NCBI GenBank assembly: GCA_030390025.1
Contig: CM059429.1
Location: 114,266,001-114,330,000 of the forward strand
Length of the DNA: 64,000 bases
Direction of reading: 5' to 3'
DNA from: Squalus acanthias
Lineage: Eukaryota
Within the stretch, counting starts at the first letter, position 1. Each line of letters starts with the position of its first letter. This document shows, one piece after another, positions 49,164-61,888 of the stretch. The position numbers and the translations under genes were made by a program. The notes below the pieces were generated by a model. That model was not told the origin of the DNA, made no database searches, and saw only the letters and a program-made list of their open reading frames with translations.

Positions 49164-49899
49164 TTGAATAAGGTATAACACACGGTCTGCTTTTGCCTAC
49201 CTGGCAAAAATAAAGCACCTCCGAGAAAGGGGTTGGTTCTGGTTCATTTTACCCTGCACAAAGCGTTCCCTGTTAGCTCGGGGTACAGTGGATGTCTGAA
49301 ACAAAGATGTCCACCAGTCACTTATCATTATCCACTCTGAAAAGGGATGCATAATGATGTATATACTAAAAATGTCCATTACAGTGTCTTTCTGATTTTG
49401 GGACTTGGCTCAAATGCAGCCCAGACTGATGAAATGGAAGTTTTCCTCTTGCCTCAGGCTGTAAGGTCCTTCATTGAAATGATTTGACACCATCTCAACC
49501 CATTTCAAATGATTGTGTGCTAGCCACACAAAGATCTGCAAAATTTGTATTTTCACCCAGAACGCAAGGTGGCTGATGAAAACAGAAAAGTTCACACAAA
49601 TGGATTAAGAATTTCTTTCTGATGGATTTCCTCAGGTTCAAAGCCAACATCCCAGAAATAATTAGGGAAGATGTCTTTGAGCCTGAGATTGTGAGGCGAC
49701 TAAATTAAAGGAACACTCCACTGAGCACTCATGTATGTGAGGCATTCCGTAGTATCTTGCAGTAGCTGAGGTAAATAAAATTAAACCTATCAATGACTAT
49801 TTCATGTATCATGTTTCCATTACCCTCCTCCCATGTTCATTTTTGGAGCACTATAGTAGCACGATGATGCAGGTTGACAATATAGTGAAGGCTCCCTGC

Positions 49900-50890
49900 C
49901 CTCAACCATGTTTTAAGGAGCGTCTTAAAGGAGGAGGGAGTGGTGGAGATATGGAGGTATGGAATTCCATGGCCTAGGTAACTGAAGCCATGGCTGCCAT
50001 TGGTGGGGCAAAGGAAATGAGAATTGGCAAGCACAGGGGTGATGGGTGAACAGGACTTGGTGCAAGTTAGGATACGGGTCAGAGTTTTGGATAAGCTCAA
50101 ATTTACGGAGAGTTGAAGATGGGGGGCCGACTAGGAGAACATTGGAATAGTCGAGTCTGGAGGTAACAAAAGCATGAATGAAGGTTTGAGCAGCAGATAG
50201 GCTGAGGCAGGATGGGTGATATTACAGAGGTGGAAGTAGGTGGTTTTGGTGGTGGAGAGGATATGAGGTCAGAAGCTCAGCTGAGGGTTGGATAGGATGC
50301 CGAGGCTGCGAACAGTCTTGTTCAGCCTCGGACAGTGGCCAGGGAGAGGGATGGAGTCGGTTGCGAGGAAACAGGAGTTTGTGCTGGGGCCAAAGACAAT
50401 GGCTTCGGTCTTCCCATTTTTTAATTGGAGGAAATTTCTGCGCGTCAGTACTGGATGCTGGACAAACAACATGACAAATCAGAGGCAGTGAAGGGGTAGA
50501 TGTAGAGAAGAATGGGGGAATCTAGAACTAGGGGGCATTGTTTCAGAATAAGGGGTCGCCTATTTAAAACTGAGATGAGGAGGAATTTCTTCTCTCAGAG
50601 GGTTGTAAATCTGTGGATTCTCTGCCCCAGAGAGCTGTGGAGGCTGGGACATTGAATATATTTAAGGTGAAGATAGACCGATTTTTGAACAATAAGGGAA
50701 TGATGGGTTATGGGGAGCGGGCAGGGAAATGGAGCTGAGCCCAAGATCAGATCAGCCATGATCTCATTAAATGGCGGAGCAGGCTCGAGGAGCCAAATGG
50801 CCTACTCCTCCTATTTCTTATTTTCTTATGTTCTTAAGAGAGGTGGTGGTGAGATAGAGCTGGGTGTCATCAGCATACATGTGGAATCTA
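49900..50890 (-). mobile_element. L2 fragment interrupted by a CR1 insert
   Basis: RNFLQLKNGKTEAIVFG; similar to 36690-37755; resumes at ~50837 (GTGTCATCAGCATACATGTG = HMYADDT on minus). Confidence 0.85.
50500..50836 (+). mobile_element. CR1 3' fragment nested in L2
   Basis: GAGATGAGGAGGAATTTCTTCTCTCAGAGGG...GGCCTACTCCTCCTATTTCTTATTTTCTTATGTTCTT. Confidence 0.9.
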
Positions 50891-51447
50891 GCGTGTTTTC
50901 AGACAGTTCCCAACTCAACTATGTACTTCTGCAGTAAAGTTTATCACATAACAAATACATTAAAATATCAGAAACTCCAACACCTCCCCCCCACCCCCTT
51001 CCTACCTTTTCCCCCACCCAAAACAGTGTGATAAACCCTGTGGTGCCTCTGAACAACTTGGGCTCTGGATAAACCCTCTGCTCCCACCCTCCCCTCCCAC
51101 ATGCGGTACTTCACGATCCCTTGCTGGGCAACTGACTCACCACATGCTGAGGCCTCCGGATGCCCAGTTCTGACCAATACTGCACTCTGACTCTCCATCC
51201 CCCACATGAGGCCTGGGCTCTGGTGCATGAGCAAGTGAATGTGCTGCTTTCCATGACTCACTTGCATTCGATCTCTCTGTGATACAGGTATATCGTTTTA
51301 TTCTACAAGGACTACAGCAGGGTGCTCTTTTTGGGCTTTATCTCATCCTGCCTACTTCCCTCAGCCTGCCTCTGCTGTCCCACTAGCTGGTCTGCATGCC
51401 ATGGACCATTCTTTACGACAACGTTCAGTAGATGCATTAAAAAATAC

Positions 51448-54400
51448 AATAGAGTCATAGATTTATACAACACAGAAAGAGGCCCTTCGGCCCATCGTGT
51501 CCGCGTCAGCCATCAAGCCCTATCCTAATCCCATTTTCCAGCACTTGGTCCGTAGCCTTGTATGCTATGGCGTTTCAAGTGCTCATCTAAATGCTTCTTG
51601 AATGTTGTGAGGGTTCCTGCCTCTACCACCCTTTCAGGCAGTGAGTTCCAGATTCCAACCACCCTCTGGGTGAAAAAGTTTTTCCTCAAATCCCCTCTAA
51701 ACCTTCTGCCCCTTACCTTGAAACTATGCCCCCTGGTAATTGACCCCTCTACTAAGGGGAAAAGTTCCTTTCTATCTACCCTATCTATGCCCCTCATAAT
51801 TTTGTACACCTCAATCAGGTCCCCCCTCAGCCTTCTCTGCTCTAAGGAAAACAACCCCAACCTGTCCAGTCTCTCTTCATGGCTGAAGCGCTCCAGCCCA
51901 GGTAACATCCTGGTGAATCTCCTCTGCACCCTCTCCAATGCAATCACATCCTTCCTATAGTGTGGCGACCAGAACTGCACACAGTATTCCAACTGTGGCC
52001 TAACTAGCGCTTTGTACAGCTCCATCATAACCTCCCTGCTCTTATATTCTATGCCTCGGCTAATGAAGGCAAGTATCCCATATGCCTTTTTAATCACCTT
52101 ATCTACCTGTCCTGCTGCCTTCAGGGATCTATGTACATGCACACCAAGATCCCTCTGATCCTCTGTCCTTCCTTGGATCCTACCATTCATTGTGTATTCC
52201 CTTGCCTTGTTAGTCCTCCCAAAATGCATCACCTCACACTTTTCAGGGTTAAATTCCATTTGCCATTGTTCTGACTAACCCATCTATATTGTCCTGTAGC
52301 CTGAGGCTTCCCTCCTCGCTATTTACCACTCCACCAATTTTCGTGTCATCTGTGAACTTACTGATCATACCTCCTACATTCATATCTAAATCATTAATGT
52401 ACACTACAAACAGCAAAGGACCCAGCACCGATCCCTGCGGTACACTACTGGACACAGGCTTCCAGTCACAAAAACAACCTTCAACCATCACCCTCTGCCT
52501 CCTGCCACTAAGCCAATTTTGGATCCAATGTGCCAAATTGCCCTGGATCCCATGGGCTCTTACCTTCTTGACCAGTCTCCCATGCGGGACTTTGTCAAAA
52601 GCCTTACTGAAGTCCATGTAGACTACATCAACTGCACTACCCTCATCCACACACCTAGTCACCCCCTCTCAAAATTCAATCAAATTGGTTAGACATGATC
52701 TCCCCCTGACAAAGCCATGCTGACTATCCATGATTAATCCTTGCCTGTCCAAGTGGAGACTAATTCTGTCCCTCAGAATTTTTTCCAATAATTTCCCTAC
52801 AACTGATGTTAGGCTCACTGGCCTGTAATTCCCTGGTTTATCCCTACTACCCTTCTTGAATAATGGTACTACGTTAGCTGTCCTCCAGTCCTCTGGCACC
52901 TCCCCTGTGGCCAGAGAGGTTCTGAAAATTTGTGTCCGAGCCCCTGCAATCTCCTCCCTTGCCTCACACAGCAGCCTGGGATACATCTCGTCTGGGCCTG
53001 GGGATTTATCCACTTTTAAGCCCGCTAAAACCGCTAGTACCTCCTCCCTCTCAATACTAATTTATTCAAGTATATCACAATCCCCCTGCCTGATTTCTAT
53101 GCCTACATCGTCCTTCTCCATAGTGAACACAGATGCAGAATATTCATTTAAAACCTCACCCACATCTTCTGGCTCTACACACAGATTGCCACTTTGGTCC
53201 CTAATGGGCCCTACTCTTTCCCTGGTTATCCTCTTGCCCTTAATATACTTATAAAACACCTTGGGATTTTCCTTTATTTTGCCCGCCAGTGTTTTTTATG
53301 CCCTCTCTTCGCTCTCCTAATTTCTTTTTTACGTACCCCCCTGCACTTTCTATACTCCTCTAGGGCTTCCACTGTTTTTAGTCCTTTGTATCTGCCAAAA
53401 GCCTCCCTTTTTTTCCTAATCCATTCTTGTATATCCCTTGACATCCAGGGTTCCCTGGGTTTGTTGGTCCCACCCTTGACCTTTACGGGAACATGTTGGC
53501 GTTGTACTCTCTCTATTTCCTTTCTGAAAGACTCCCACTGCTCTGATGTGGATTTTCCTACAAGTAGTTTATCCCAATCCACTTTGGCCAGATCCTGCCT
53601 TATCATATTAAAATCGGCCTTCCCCCAATTTAGAACCTTTATTTCCGGTCCATCTTTGTCCTTTTCCATGACTACTTTAAATCTCACCGAATTATGGTCA
53701 CTGTCACCAAAATGCTCTCCTACTGACACTTCTACCACTTGCCCGGCTACATTCCCTAGAATTAGGTTCAGTACCGCCCCCTCTTTTGTAGGACTTTCTA
53801 CATGCTGGCTCAAAAAGCTCTCCTGGATGCACTTTAAGAATTCCGCACCCTCTAAGCCTTTCACACTCTGACTATCCCAGTTAATATTGGGGAAGTTGAA
53901 ATCCCCTACTATTATTATCCTATTATTTCTACACTTCTCTGAGATTTCCCTACATATCTGTTCCTCTATCTCCCCCTGACTGTTTGGGGGCCGATAGTAC
54001 ACTTCCAGCAAAGTGCTTGCCCCCTTTTTGTTTTTAAGTTCTACCCATATGGCCTCATTAGAGGAACCTGCTAAGATATCATCCCTCCTTACAGCAGTAA
54101 TTGACTCCTTGATTAATATTGCGACACCCCCTCCTCTTTTACATCCCCCTCTGTCTCACCTGAAGATTCTATACCCCGGAATATTGAGCTGCCAGTCCTG
54201 CCCCTCCCTCAACCATGTCTCTGTGATAGCAACAATATCATACTCCCATGTGTTCATCAACACCTTCAATTCATCTGCCTTACTCGCAAGACTCCTTGCA
54301 TTAAAATAAATGCCATCCAGCCTTGCCATACTCCCTTGTGCCGTTACATATTTGCTCTGCCTTCCAGGCTGACTTGTTTTTTCCTCTATATTTGGCTGTG

Positions 54401-54700
54401 CATCACCCCCTACTATAGCTCCACTCCGTATCCCATCCCCCTGCCAAGTTAGTTTAAACCCCCCCCCCCCCCAACAGTACTAGCAAACCTCCCCGCAAGG
54501 ATGTTGGTCCCGTTCCGGTTCAGGTGCAAACTGTCCGACTTGTACAGGTCCCACCTTCCCCAGAAGCAGACCCAGTGATCCAGGAAACTAAAGCCCTCCC
54601 TCCTGCACCAACTCTTTAGCCACGCATTCATCTGCTCTATCCTCCTATTCCTATACTCACTAGCACGTGGCACCGGGAGTAATCCAGAGATTAGAACCTT
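51448..54700 (-). mobile_element. CR1 LINE, complete ORF2 region plus ORF1 C-terminus, few disruptions
   Basis: Consecutive ORFs: YYRPPN/VGDFN/SDHN (EN), KSPGPD, DFSKAFDKVPH, VPQGSVLGP, KFTDDTK, then a 244-aa C-terminal ORF. ORF1 end: DSLHLNRNGT. Confidence 0.95.
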
Positions 54701-55437
54701 TAAACCAATGACTCCCTTTAGTGTTAGAGTGAGGTGGGGACAATCTTTTTTTTTTTTTTAAACATATTGATGGGGGACTGGAACCTTCTGACTAGAATTT
54801 GAATTCTCTCTAATATTTAGGGATGTTTACTGAACACAAGCTTTTAAACCCGAAGGAAATAAGTGAGGCAGGAGAGAACGAGAGAGATGGTAGCGTGGCA
54901 GATTTGAGACCTTGTTTTCCAGACTTACTTGTACCAGCATCATTAGCTAGAGGTGTGTGAGAGCCAATCAGAATTCTTGGTTCGGTGCTGGCAGCCAAAA
55001 AAAGTTTGAAATTGTGAAGGCCAACGAAAGAAACGTTTGAGAACTGCGAATATAATCAACGGCAGGTCCAATATGTGTGAATGCAAATGTCTCCTCTCCA
55101 GTGAAAAAACTCCTGACGTTATTTTGCTGAGGCCTAGGGAATGAGAAGAGAATCAAGAGGCCGAGGCAGACAAACGGAATTGGCAGAAAAACAGACACAG
55201 TTGCATTTGCCATTTTGGGGGCCTGGTTATTGTGGGTTCCTGAGTTTCCGCCCACCAAAAATGCACCCCTGACGCTGACTGAACACAGCAGCTGGAGGTT
55301 GTCCTCGAATTCTTTTCCACCCCTGGCCCCCTCATACCCACTGAAAAAGTGGCAGGCGTTGGATAGGCCTAACTCTCCAGGTTTTCATTAGGATCTTTAA
55401 CAAGCAATGAATTAACCAGGAGCATGTTATTCATAAT

Positions 55438-56170
55438 GGCCCTGAAATTCGCCTCTACGGCTTGGCGCGGGGGTAAGGATCACGCGCGCACTTACCTACC
55501 GTGCCTGCCGTTGTGTTTTGGGCCCACAGGAACTTCAGCTCCTGGGCCTGCTCCAAGTGCCGGCGCACAGTGCTTGCGTGTCCCAGAGGCGCAGTTAGTG
55601 CGATGCGTCCCCTGGGATCACGTGGGCCATGGAGAGCCAATGGCAGCAGACCATCTTTCATTCACCTGTCAAATCTGTGAATTGAAATCGGCCCCAAAAG
55701 AACAGCTAAACTTAAATTAAAAAAAAACCCCATCACATTTATAAAATAACTATAGTTAAATAAATTAACCACTTTAAACAAAAATTAAAATTTTTGAAAA
55801 AATTAAAATACTTTTTAAAAGTGGTAAAAATAAACTTACCTTTATTTAAAGTATCTAAAAAAGATAAACCTGTTGAAATTTTTTTTTAAATATACTTAAT
55901 TAACCACTTACCTTGTTGAAAACGGCTCCTGCGCCTCCTTTTTATAAGCGTAGGTTCTTCACTACTTACCCTCCCGTAGAAACCTGAAAAAAAATCTAAG
56001 TTTGCTGCGTGCGCGCAGCCTCTACCGCGCACGCGGTTCACCTCTAAACCGCTCCCTTCACCAGACCGGAAGTTCCGGTTTCCCGCGCATGCAGGAAACC
56101 GGCACTTCGGGACGCATTACGGGTGAGTACGCACTGTGTACTCACCCGGGAAGGGCTGAATTTTTGACCC
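55438..56170. mobile_element. Non-autonomous Harbinger-like DNA transposon (family D)
   Basis: 3-bp TSD AAT (55435-55437 / 56171-56173); imperfect TIR GGCCCTGAAATTCGCC vs GGGTCAAAAATTCAGCC; homologous to 45547-46245. Confidence 0.72.
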
Positions 56171-56849
56171 AATGCTTTTTAAAGATTGGAGGTTTAAAAG
56201 GGTTTCTGACTGAAATAATCACCCCTATGTAGAAGAGCTTATCTCTTTCCTACAGACTGACTTTTGAAAAGCCCGTGCTGGACGGTTAAAGATAGTGGCC
56301 CTCTGTGGGTAACCCAATACTATCTTGGGGTCTGAAATTCCTAGTTCCTATAATTTTACAGGAAAAGTTGGCATTAGTAGAAAAAAGGTAAAACTGTTTG
56401 AGGTGACGAATCAACAGGAATTTCAGCTTTTTGTCGGGAAGAAAAATGATTTTCGTGAACTAACTTACACACGTAGTCCATTTGACTATAATACTAGCAT
56501 CATTATTTCAACCAAAAATCCAACTTTCAGACTTCACTTTCAGTGCTATGCATTCTTTTTTGTCCATTTAAAGACTGAGACCCTACACCCAATAATGTTT
56601 TTTTTCATTTCCTGTTTGGATTCCATCAGTGCTTCCTCATTCAGTTATCCTCTAAAATCCAATAGATTAGTCCAATCCCCACCAATAGGTTCTCCAGCTG
56701 GATGACTTGGCTAATCCATTGGTATGTGAAGAGGAACATATTGAAAGACCAAAAGGTTAGCAGGAAACTTTCTCATGTTTTAGATGTAGAATATATTTCT
56801 TCAAGTCAGTAGTTTTAAACCCAAAATTACATCACAGAATTACACCACA

Positions 56850-57107
56850 GCACCACCTGCAAGTTCCCCTCCAAGTCACACACCATTCCGACTTGGAAAT
56901 ATATCACCGTTCCTTCATAGTCACTGGATCAAAATCCTGGAACTCCCTCCCTAACAGCACTGTGGGAGTACCTTCACTCCATGGACTGCAGCGGTTCAAG
57001 AAGGTGGCTCACCACCACCACCACCTTCTTCTTGAGGGCAATTAGGGATGGGCAATAAATGCTGGCCTTGCCAACAACAGCCACATCCCATGAACGAATA
57101 AAAAAAA
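56850..57107 (+). mobile_element. LINE family B 3' end with poly(A)
   Basis: CAAGTTCCCCTCCAAGTCACACACC...GGGATGGGCAATAAATGCTGGCCTTGCC...GAATAAAAAAAA. Confidence 0.9.
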
Positions 57108-57234
57108 TTATATTAAGACATTTTTGGTGGTTTTGTTACGATTCTACAGACAATAAAAGTTATATTTGATGGAAGAAGGTGTATTGAGCACTAAACTAAA
57201 ATGGCTTTTTTCTTGCCATGCATTATTTGTGCAG

Positions 57235-57386
57235 TATATCGACTGGCATATCTTCGACTGAACACTCTCTGCAATCATCTTCATCTACCGTCTGACCACC
57301 CTCAGCTGGAAGCTATAATATGGACACTCTTTCAACACACATTAGGAAATGAGCATGAACTTATGAGAGACAGACATTTAGACCAG
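57235..57386 (+). CDS. RB1: RB1 exon 20 equivalent (152 nt)
   Basis: gtgcag|TA TAT...GAC CAG|gtactg; [51 protein letters not shown]. Confidence 0.97.
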
Positions 57387-57639
57387 GTACTGTGTGCTCT
57401 TTAGTTCACCTACAGATGATGGAACTGTCTTCCATTGGGGTTGTTGTGTTTGGAACACTGATTCCATGTCTCATGGAGTGGAGAACATGAGAGTGATGCT
57501 CCTCACTTCTGAACTCCCAACTGCAGCTTCCTTGCTGTTGGGAAACACTGAGCAGAGGCCACATGCTTCCCCACAAGAGAGAAAACTGCAAGGCGAGTCC
57601 TCATTGGTCCACTCAGAAATTACTGCATGTATGAGCCTT

Positions 57640-57875
57640 GATGCTGAGGGTTAGCAGATCATTCAACTGCGGGGACATCACAGTCAAACACTATCCTTGT
57701 AGCATGTGATGGTGATCATGATTGAGAACCCCGGATAATGTTCCCTCTCCCTAACCAAGAGTGCTGAAGCCTATTGTGGCACTTCTACTGATGCCTGGCT
57801 GAGATCAGCTAACTCAGCACAGACCAGAGAGAGAACACAGCACCTTCCTGGTCCTTGTGGCTTGGCTACTCACTA
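57640..57875 (-). mobile_element. SINE family C fragment (5' part)
   Basis: GGCTGAGATCAGCTAACTCAGCACAGACC...CCTTCCTGGTC; reverse-complement similarity to 59330-59520. Confidence 0.6.
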
Positions 57876-57943
57876 AAGAATCTTGTTGAACACACGTTTA
57901 TAATTTTCAAGATTCTGGCCCTGATTTTAGCGGAAAGAGTCGG

Positions 57944-58475
57944 GGGGCCATCGATGGGGGGACCAGGAGAGTTTGCGGGTTGGAGGGACCAGGAGAGATT
58001 GGGGGTTGGGGGACATCGATGCAGTGACCAGGAAAGGTTGGGGGGACATCGATGAGGGGACCAGGAGAGATTGGGGGTCATTGATGGGGGGCCAAAAGAG
58101 ATCTGGTGTTGGAGGGACATCGATGGGAGGCCAGGAGAGATCTGGTGGTGGGGGGTCATCGATGGGGGCCAGGAGAGATCAGTGGTTGGGGGGACATCGA
58201 TGGAGGGACCAGGAGAGATCGTGGGTCGGGTCGGGACATTGATGGGGGTCCAGGAGAGATCGCAGGTTGGGGAGGGACATCAGTGGGGGGACCAGGAAAG
58301 ATCGAGGGTCAGGGAGGGACATGATGGAGTGACCAGGAGAGATTGGGGGTCGGGTGGGGGCATCAATGGGTGGACCAGGAGAGATCTGGTGTTGGGGAGA
58401 CATTGAGGGGGGGCCCAGGAGAGATTGGGGGTTGGGGAGGTCATCGATTGGGGACGGGACAAAGAGATCGGGGGA
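57944..58475. repeat. G-rich minisatellite (about 14 units of ~32-42 bp) inside a probable non-autonomous transposon (~57917-58845)
   Basis: Unit is approximately GGGGGACATCGATGGGGGGACCAGGAGAGATYGGGGTT. It is preceded by GGCCCTGATTTT, which resembles the family D left end. Confidence 0.9.
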
Positions 58476-59329
58476 AGTTGGAGAAGATTGTGGAAGGGGC
58501 CAGAGAGATTGGGAAGGAGGGAAAAGATCGAGGGGGTCCCATGGAGATCGCGGTCCAGTGAGAACATCGGAAGGGCATCGGATCGCTGGGGGTTCTCCGA
58601 TCGCTGGGGAGGTGAACAGGCTTGCTTGCTGGGCCGGGGGAAGCATTCCTGCTCCTCCTGGCCCACAAGCAGTGCTGGAAAATCACTTGCTTGTTCTATG
58701 CAGTCTTCCTTTAGCTGCCGGGTTTCCCAAGGCCATCCAGCGTTAAAGCTGGAACAGAAAAAAATATCTCAGGCATGCAGCTTCATTAAAATATTTAAAT
58801 GAGCCAACCACCTCCTGGGAGCAGGTTGCCCCCCACCCCCCCTGGTAGTTTCACCCAGGACCTCTTGCTTGCATAGTCATTAGGTTTGATTGTCACCTGA
58901 GATTTCTCTAACTTTTTTGACTTACTTCCTCACCTTTGGAATCGATCTCCAAACCTCGATCAAGGCCACTGCTTCCACAGTCAGATACTGAGAGAACACT
59001 ACATGGGTGGGATTTCTCCAACCTTCCAGTAAAAATAATAGGTGGCCATCCAAATCATAAGAATGGAGTACGGCGGGTCTCTTTACTTGTTGCATTGAAG
59101 CAGTGTGGTTTCTAGAAGCTTCTATGTTTTGTTTGAGTAAGGACTTAAATTTGTAAATTTTAGCACTGAAACCTCTTTAAAGCACATTGATCGACACATT
59201 CATTTTCTAAATTCATTGCCTTTCCCCCCATTTTAATGTATTTATTTAACAGCTGAGTGACATTACACCAGGATTTAGTAAACAGTAAGGACTGCAAGTT
59301 AAGAACATGAGCTCCGTGGATACAATGAC

Positions 59330-59520
59330 TCTGTTGTGGCACTGGACCAAGGAAGGTCTCCGAGTTTAATCTCTGTTCTTGGCTCAGTTAGCTTTACCTC
59401 AGTTGCACAGCAGTGAGGTGCTACAGTTGGCCTCAGTCCCCCAAGGTTTGGAAGGAGAGAAGTTTACTGGCGTTCCTGCTTCTGATTCCGTCCCCTGATC
59501 CTTACTGGAAGTGTGGACTT
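59330..59520 (+). mobile_element. SINE family C fragment
   Basis: GACCAAGGAAGGTCTCC...CAGTTAGCT..CTCAG...GCTACAGTTGGCCTCAGT. Confidence 0.55.
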
Positions 59521-59916
59521 GTATAAGTTTACATCTTTATGGAAGCAGTATTTAAATAGAAATCTAATTTTCCTCTGCACTGTGGATTGACTTATTGGGT
59601 CTCAAAAAGTGAGAACTTGTGTCCTTTAAACATCTATGTAATATTTGACTTAAACTTTTTAATTGTTTCAGTAATAATGCACTACATTCATAATAAAATA
59701 GGGACTAAGCAGAAGTGATCCTAAAAGCTGCTGGGTTACTTCCTTCTACTCCCTCATTATAATACAGTATTTCTCATCAACAGCGTGTTACAGCGAAGGA
59801 GCAATAACCGAAAACCAAATATATTTTGATGAGAAATATGAGTTGTAAGCTTGTTTTGAGCTTCTTGCCTACAGGTTGTGTTGTGTATATTAACTAACCT
59901 AACTGTGTTTTAACAG

Positions 59917-60021
59917 ATAATGATGTGTTCCATGTATGCCATTTGCAAGGTGAAGAGCATAGACCTTAGGTTCAAGACTATCGTTACTGCCTACAAGGAC
60001 TTGCCAAATACAAGTCAAGAG
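59917..60021 (+). CDS. RB1: RB1 exon 21 equivalent (105 nt)
   Basis: taacag|ATA...GAG|gtaagt; [35 protein letters not shown] (C706, Y709 and K713 equivalents); branch-point-like CTAAC upstream. Confidence 0.97.
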
Positions 60022-60289
60022 GTAAGTCAAAGAAGCTGCAGACCTTTTATTTTATTGGGGCTTATATTGCACTCCCTCATCCCCCTCCTCCAAAAAAGTT
60101 ACATACTCAAGACAAGAAAAACCCATGTGTGCTTGCCCCACTTCTTGCCTCACCCCGTGTCCCCATCCTCTTTCCCCCCCCCGAGTGACAGAAAAACAGA
60201 GACTTGTAGCCAATTCAGGAATCCTGTTGAAAGTATTTCTCCGAGCCCTTAAAGCCGATGGGACAAGCCCCAGGAGGGCCTGAGCCATT

Positions 60290-60670
60290 GGTTATTACCC
60301 AAAATGTTACCTTCCCTCTGCTGTGTTCTCATAGTTTTCTAAAACTACATCTAACTCCCTTCTTGAAGGACTGCAAGGAGTCAGTCTTCACTACCACCTC
60401 TGGAATGCTGTTCCGCATGTCCACCGCCCTCTGAGAAAGAATAAAACTTTCACACATCCAGCCTCACTCCCTGCTTCCTCAATTTAAATGGGTGGCCCCT
60501 AGTTTTACCCGGAACCATCACATCAAACAATCTATGCACCTGAATGTTATCAATGCCCTTAATAAGCTTAAAGACCTGAATTTGGTCCTCTCTCAGTCTA
60601 TACCTCTCCAGTGGATCAAAACTTAAGACACAATATCTATCTTCATATCTCAATGTACTTTGACTGGGAT
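60290..60670 (-). mobile_element. Old CR1 3' fragment
   Basis: PLERYRLREDQIQVFKLIKGID...KTRGHPFKL peptide. Confidence 0.75.
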
Positions 60671-61127
60671 CATCCTCATTGTCCTCTCTCTTTAAAGCAA
60701 ATATACAAGAAAATATAAAAATGCTTTCATGGTTCTCTAATACTAGTTCAGTGCAAAATCTAATCTTTGTAGATTATGGGTTACAAGAAGCTAAAAATGA
60801 CCCAGCAGCATCTTTATCGTTCAGCTGGTTAAGTTTTGGGCTGAACGTTGAGGTTAGTTTCTCCAGCCACGGAGTGGAATTGCGGATCTAGGACAGCTAA
60901 TGACCTAATTCATCTTGCCCTTATCTGGTGTCCTTGATGTCAGCTGATTCACCTCTGAATAACATCTGTTTCAAAACAATGGGTCCTCTCTCAGCAAACC
61001 CCTTCACGCTAACTCTTCAAGTATTTAGCCTTGACAAATTCTACTGAAGCATTAGGACAATGGCACTTTTAGTTAAGCTATTTCTGTAAGTTAAACTTTT
61101 AAGTAATTTATTCTCTTCCTCCTTAAG

Positions 61128-61241
61128 ACCTTCAAACATGTGCTGATCAAAGAAGGGCAGTACGATTCCATCATAGGCTTCTACAACCTGGTGTTCATGC
61201 AGAGGCTGAAAACCAACATCCTGCAGTATGCTTCGACCCGC
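61128..61241 (+). CDS. RB1: RB1 exon 22 equivalent (114 nt)
   Basis: cttaag|ACC...CGC|gtaagt; [38 protein letters not shown] (Y756 and N757 equivalents). Not in the ORF track. Confidence 0.97.
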
Positions 61242-61749
61242 GTAAGTAACTATATTATACTATATAGTTCTACACCGAATAGCGGGGAGGGCATTACATG
61301 ACCTTGCATGTATCAGCTGAGTAGCTAATCATTCTTGACATTTTCAATACCATTCCTGATATTTGTGAGTGAATGAAATGACACAAGGAATTATTGCAGT
61401 CTGCACTGACTTGGGATCCACTGTTCTTCTCTAATACCTTTCAAAATGTACCGATCTCTAGATTTGGTGAGAAATGATCACTCCATTACTTTAGTACAGT
61501 TTTTATTTTATTGTACTGCAACATATGTATATCCACTTGCTGTTAAATATAATGCAACAGGATTTAGATTCAACCACTTAAGAATTGATAAGAAGGGTAT
61601 AATGTTCCTTTTTTATCTCTGTATTGTACTATATTGATATATTAAAATCCAAAATGTCTACCTAAATCCTTCTGAAAGATATAGCTTAATATTAAATAAA
61701 TGACAGTGACTAAATATTATGGCATTTTTTAATGTTCACATATGCAGAG

Positions 61750-61848
61750 TCATGGGGAAGGAGTGGGACGACTTGGATAGCTCTTTCAAAGAGCTGGCAC
61801 AGGCACGATGGGCCGAATGGCCTCCTTCTGTGTTCTTATGATTCTAGA
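61750..61848 (+). mobile_element. CR1 3' UTR fragment
   Basis: GGATAGCTCTTTCAAAGAGCTGGCACAGGCACGATGGGCCGAATGGCCTCCTTCTGTG..ATGATTCTA. Confidence 0.85.
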
Positions 61849-61888
61849 TTTGTTTGTGAGCTTGTTCTTTAATATCTCTTTCAAACAG

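Noticed and set aside
53194-53871. 225-aa plus-strand ORF
   Set aside because: Antisense to the CR1 endonuclease and linker region, with no independent protein features.
57855-58802. Stack of Gly/Pro-rich ORFs and a CRISPR-like repeat appearance
   Set aside because: A stop-poor minisatellite with degenerate adjacent units and no unique spacers or cas genes, in a eukaryotic intron.
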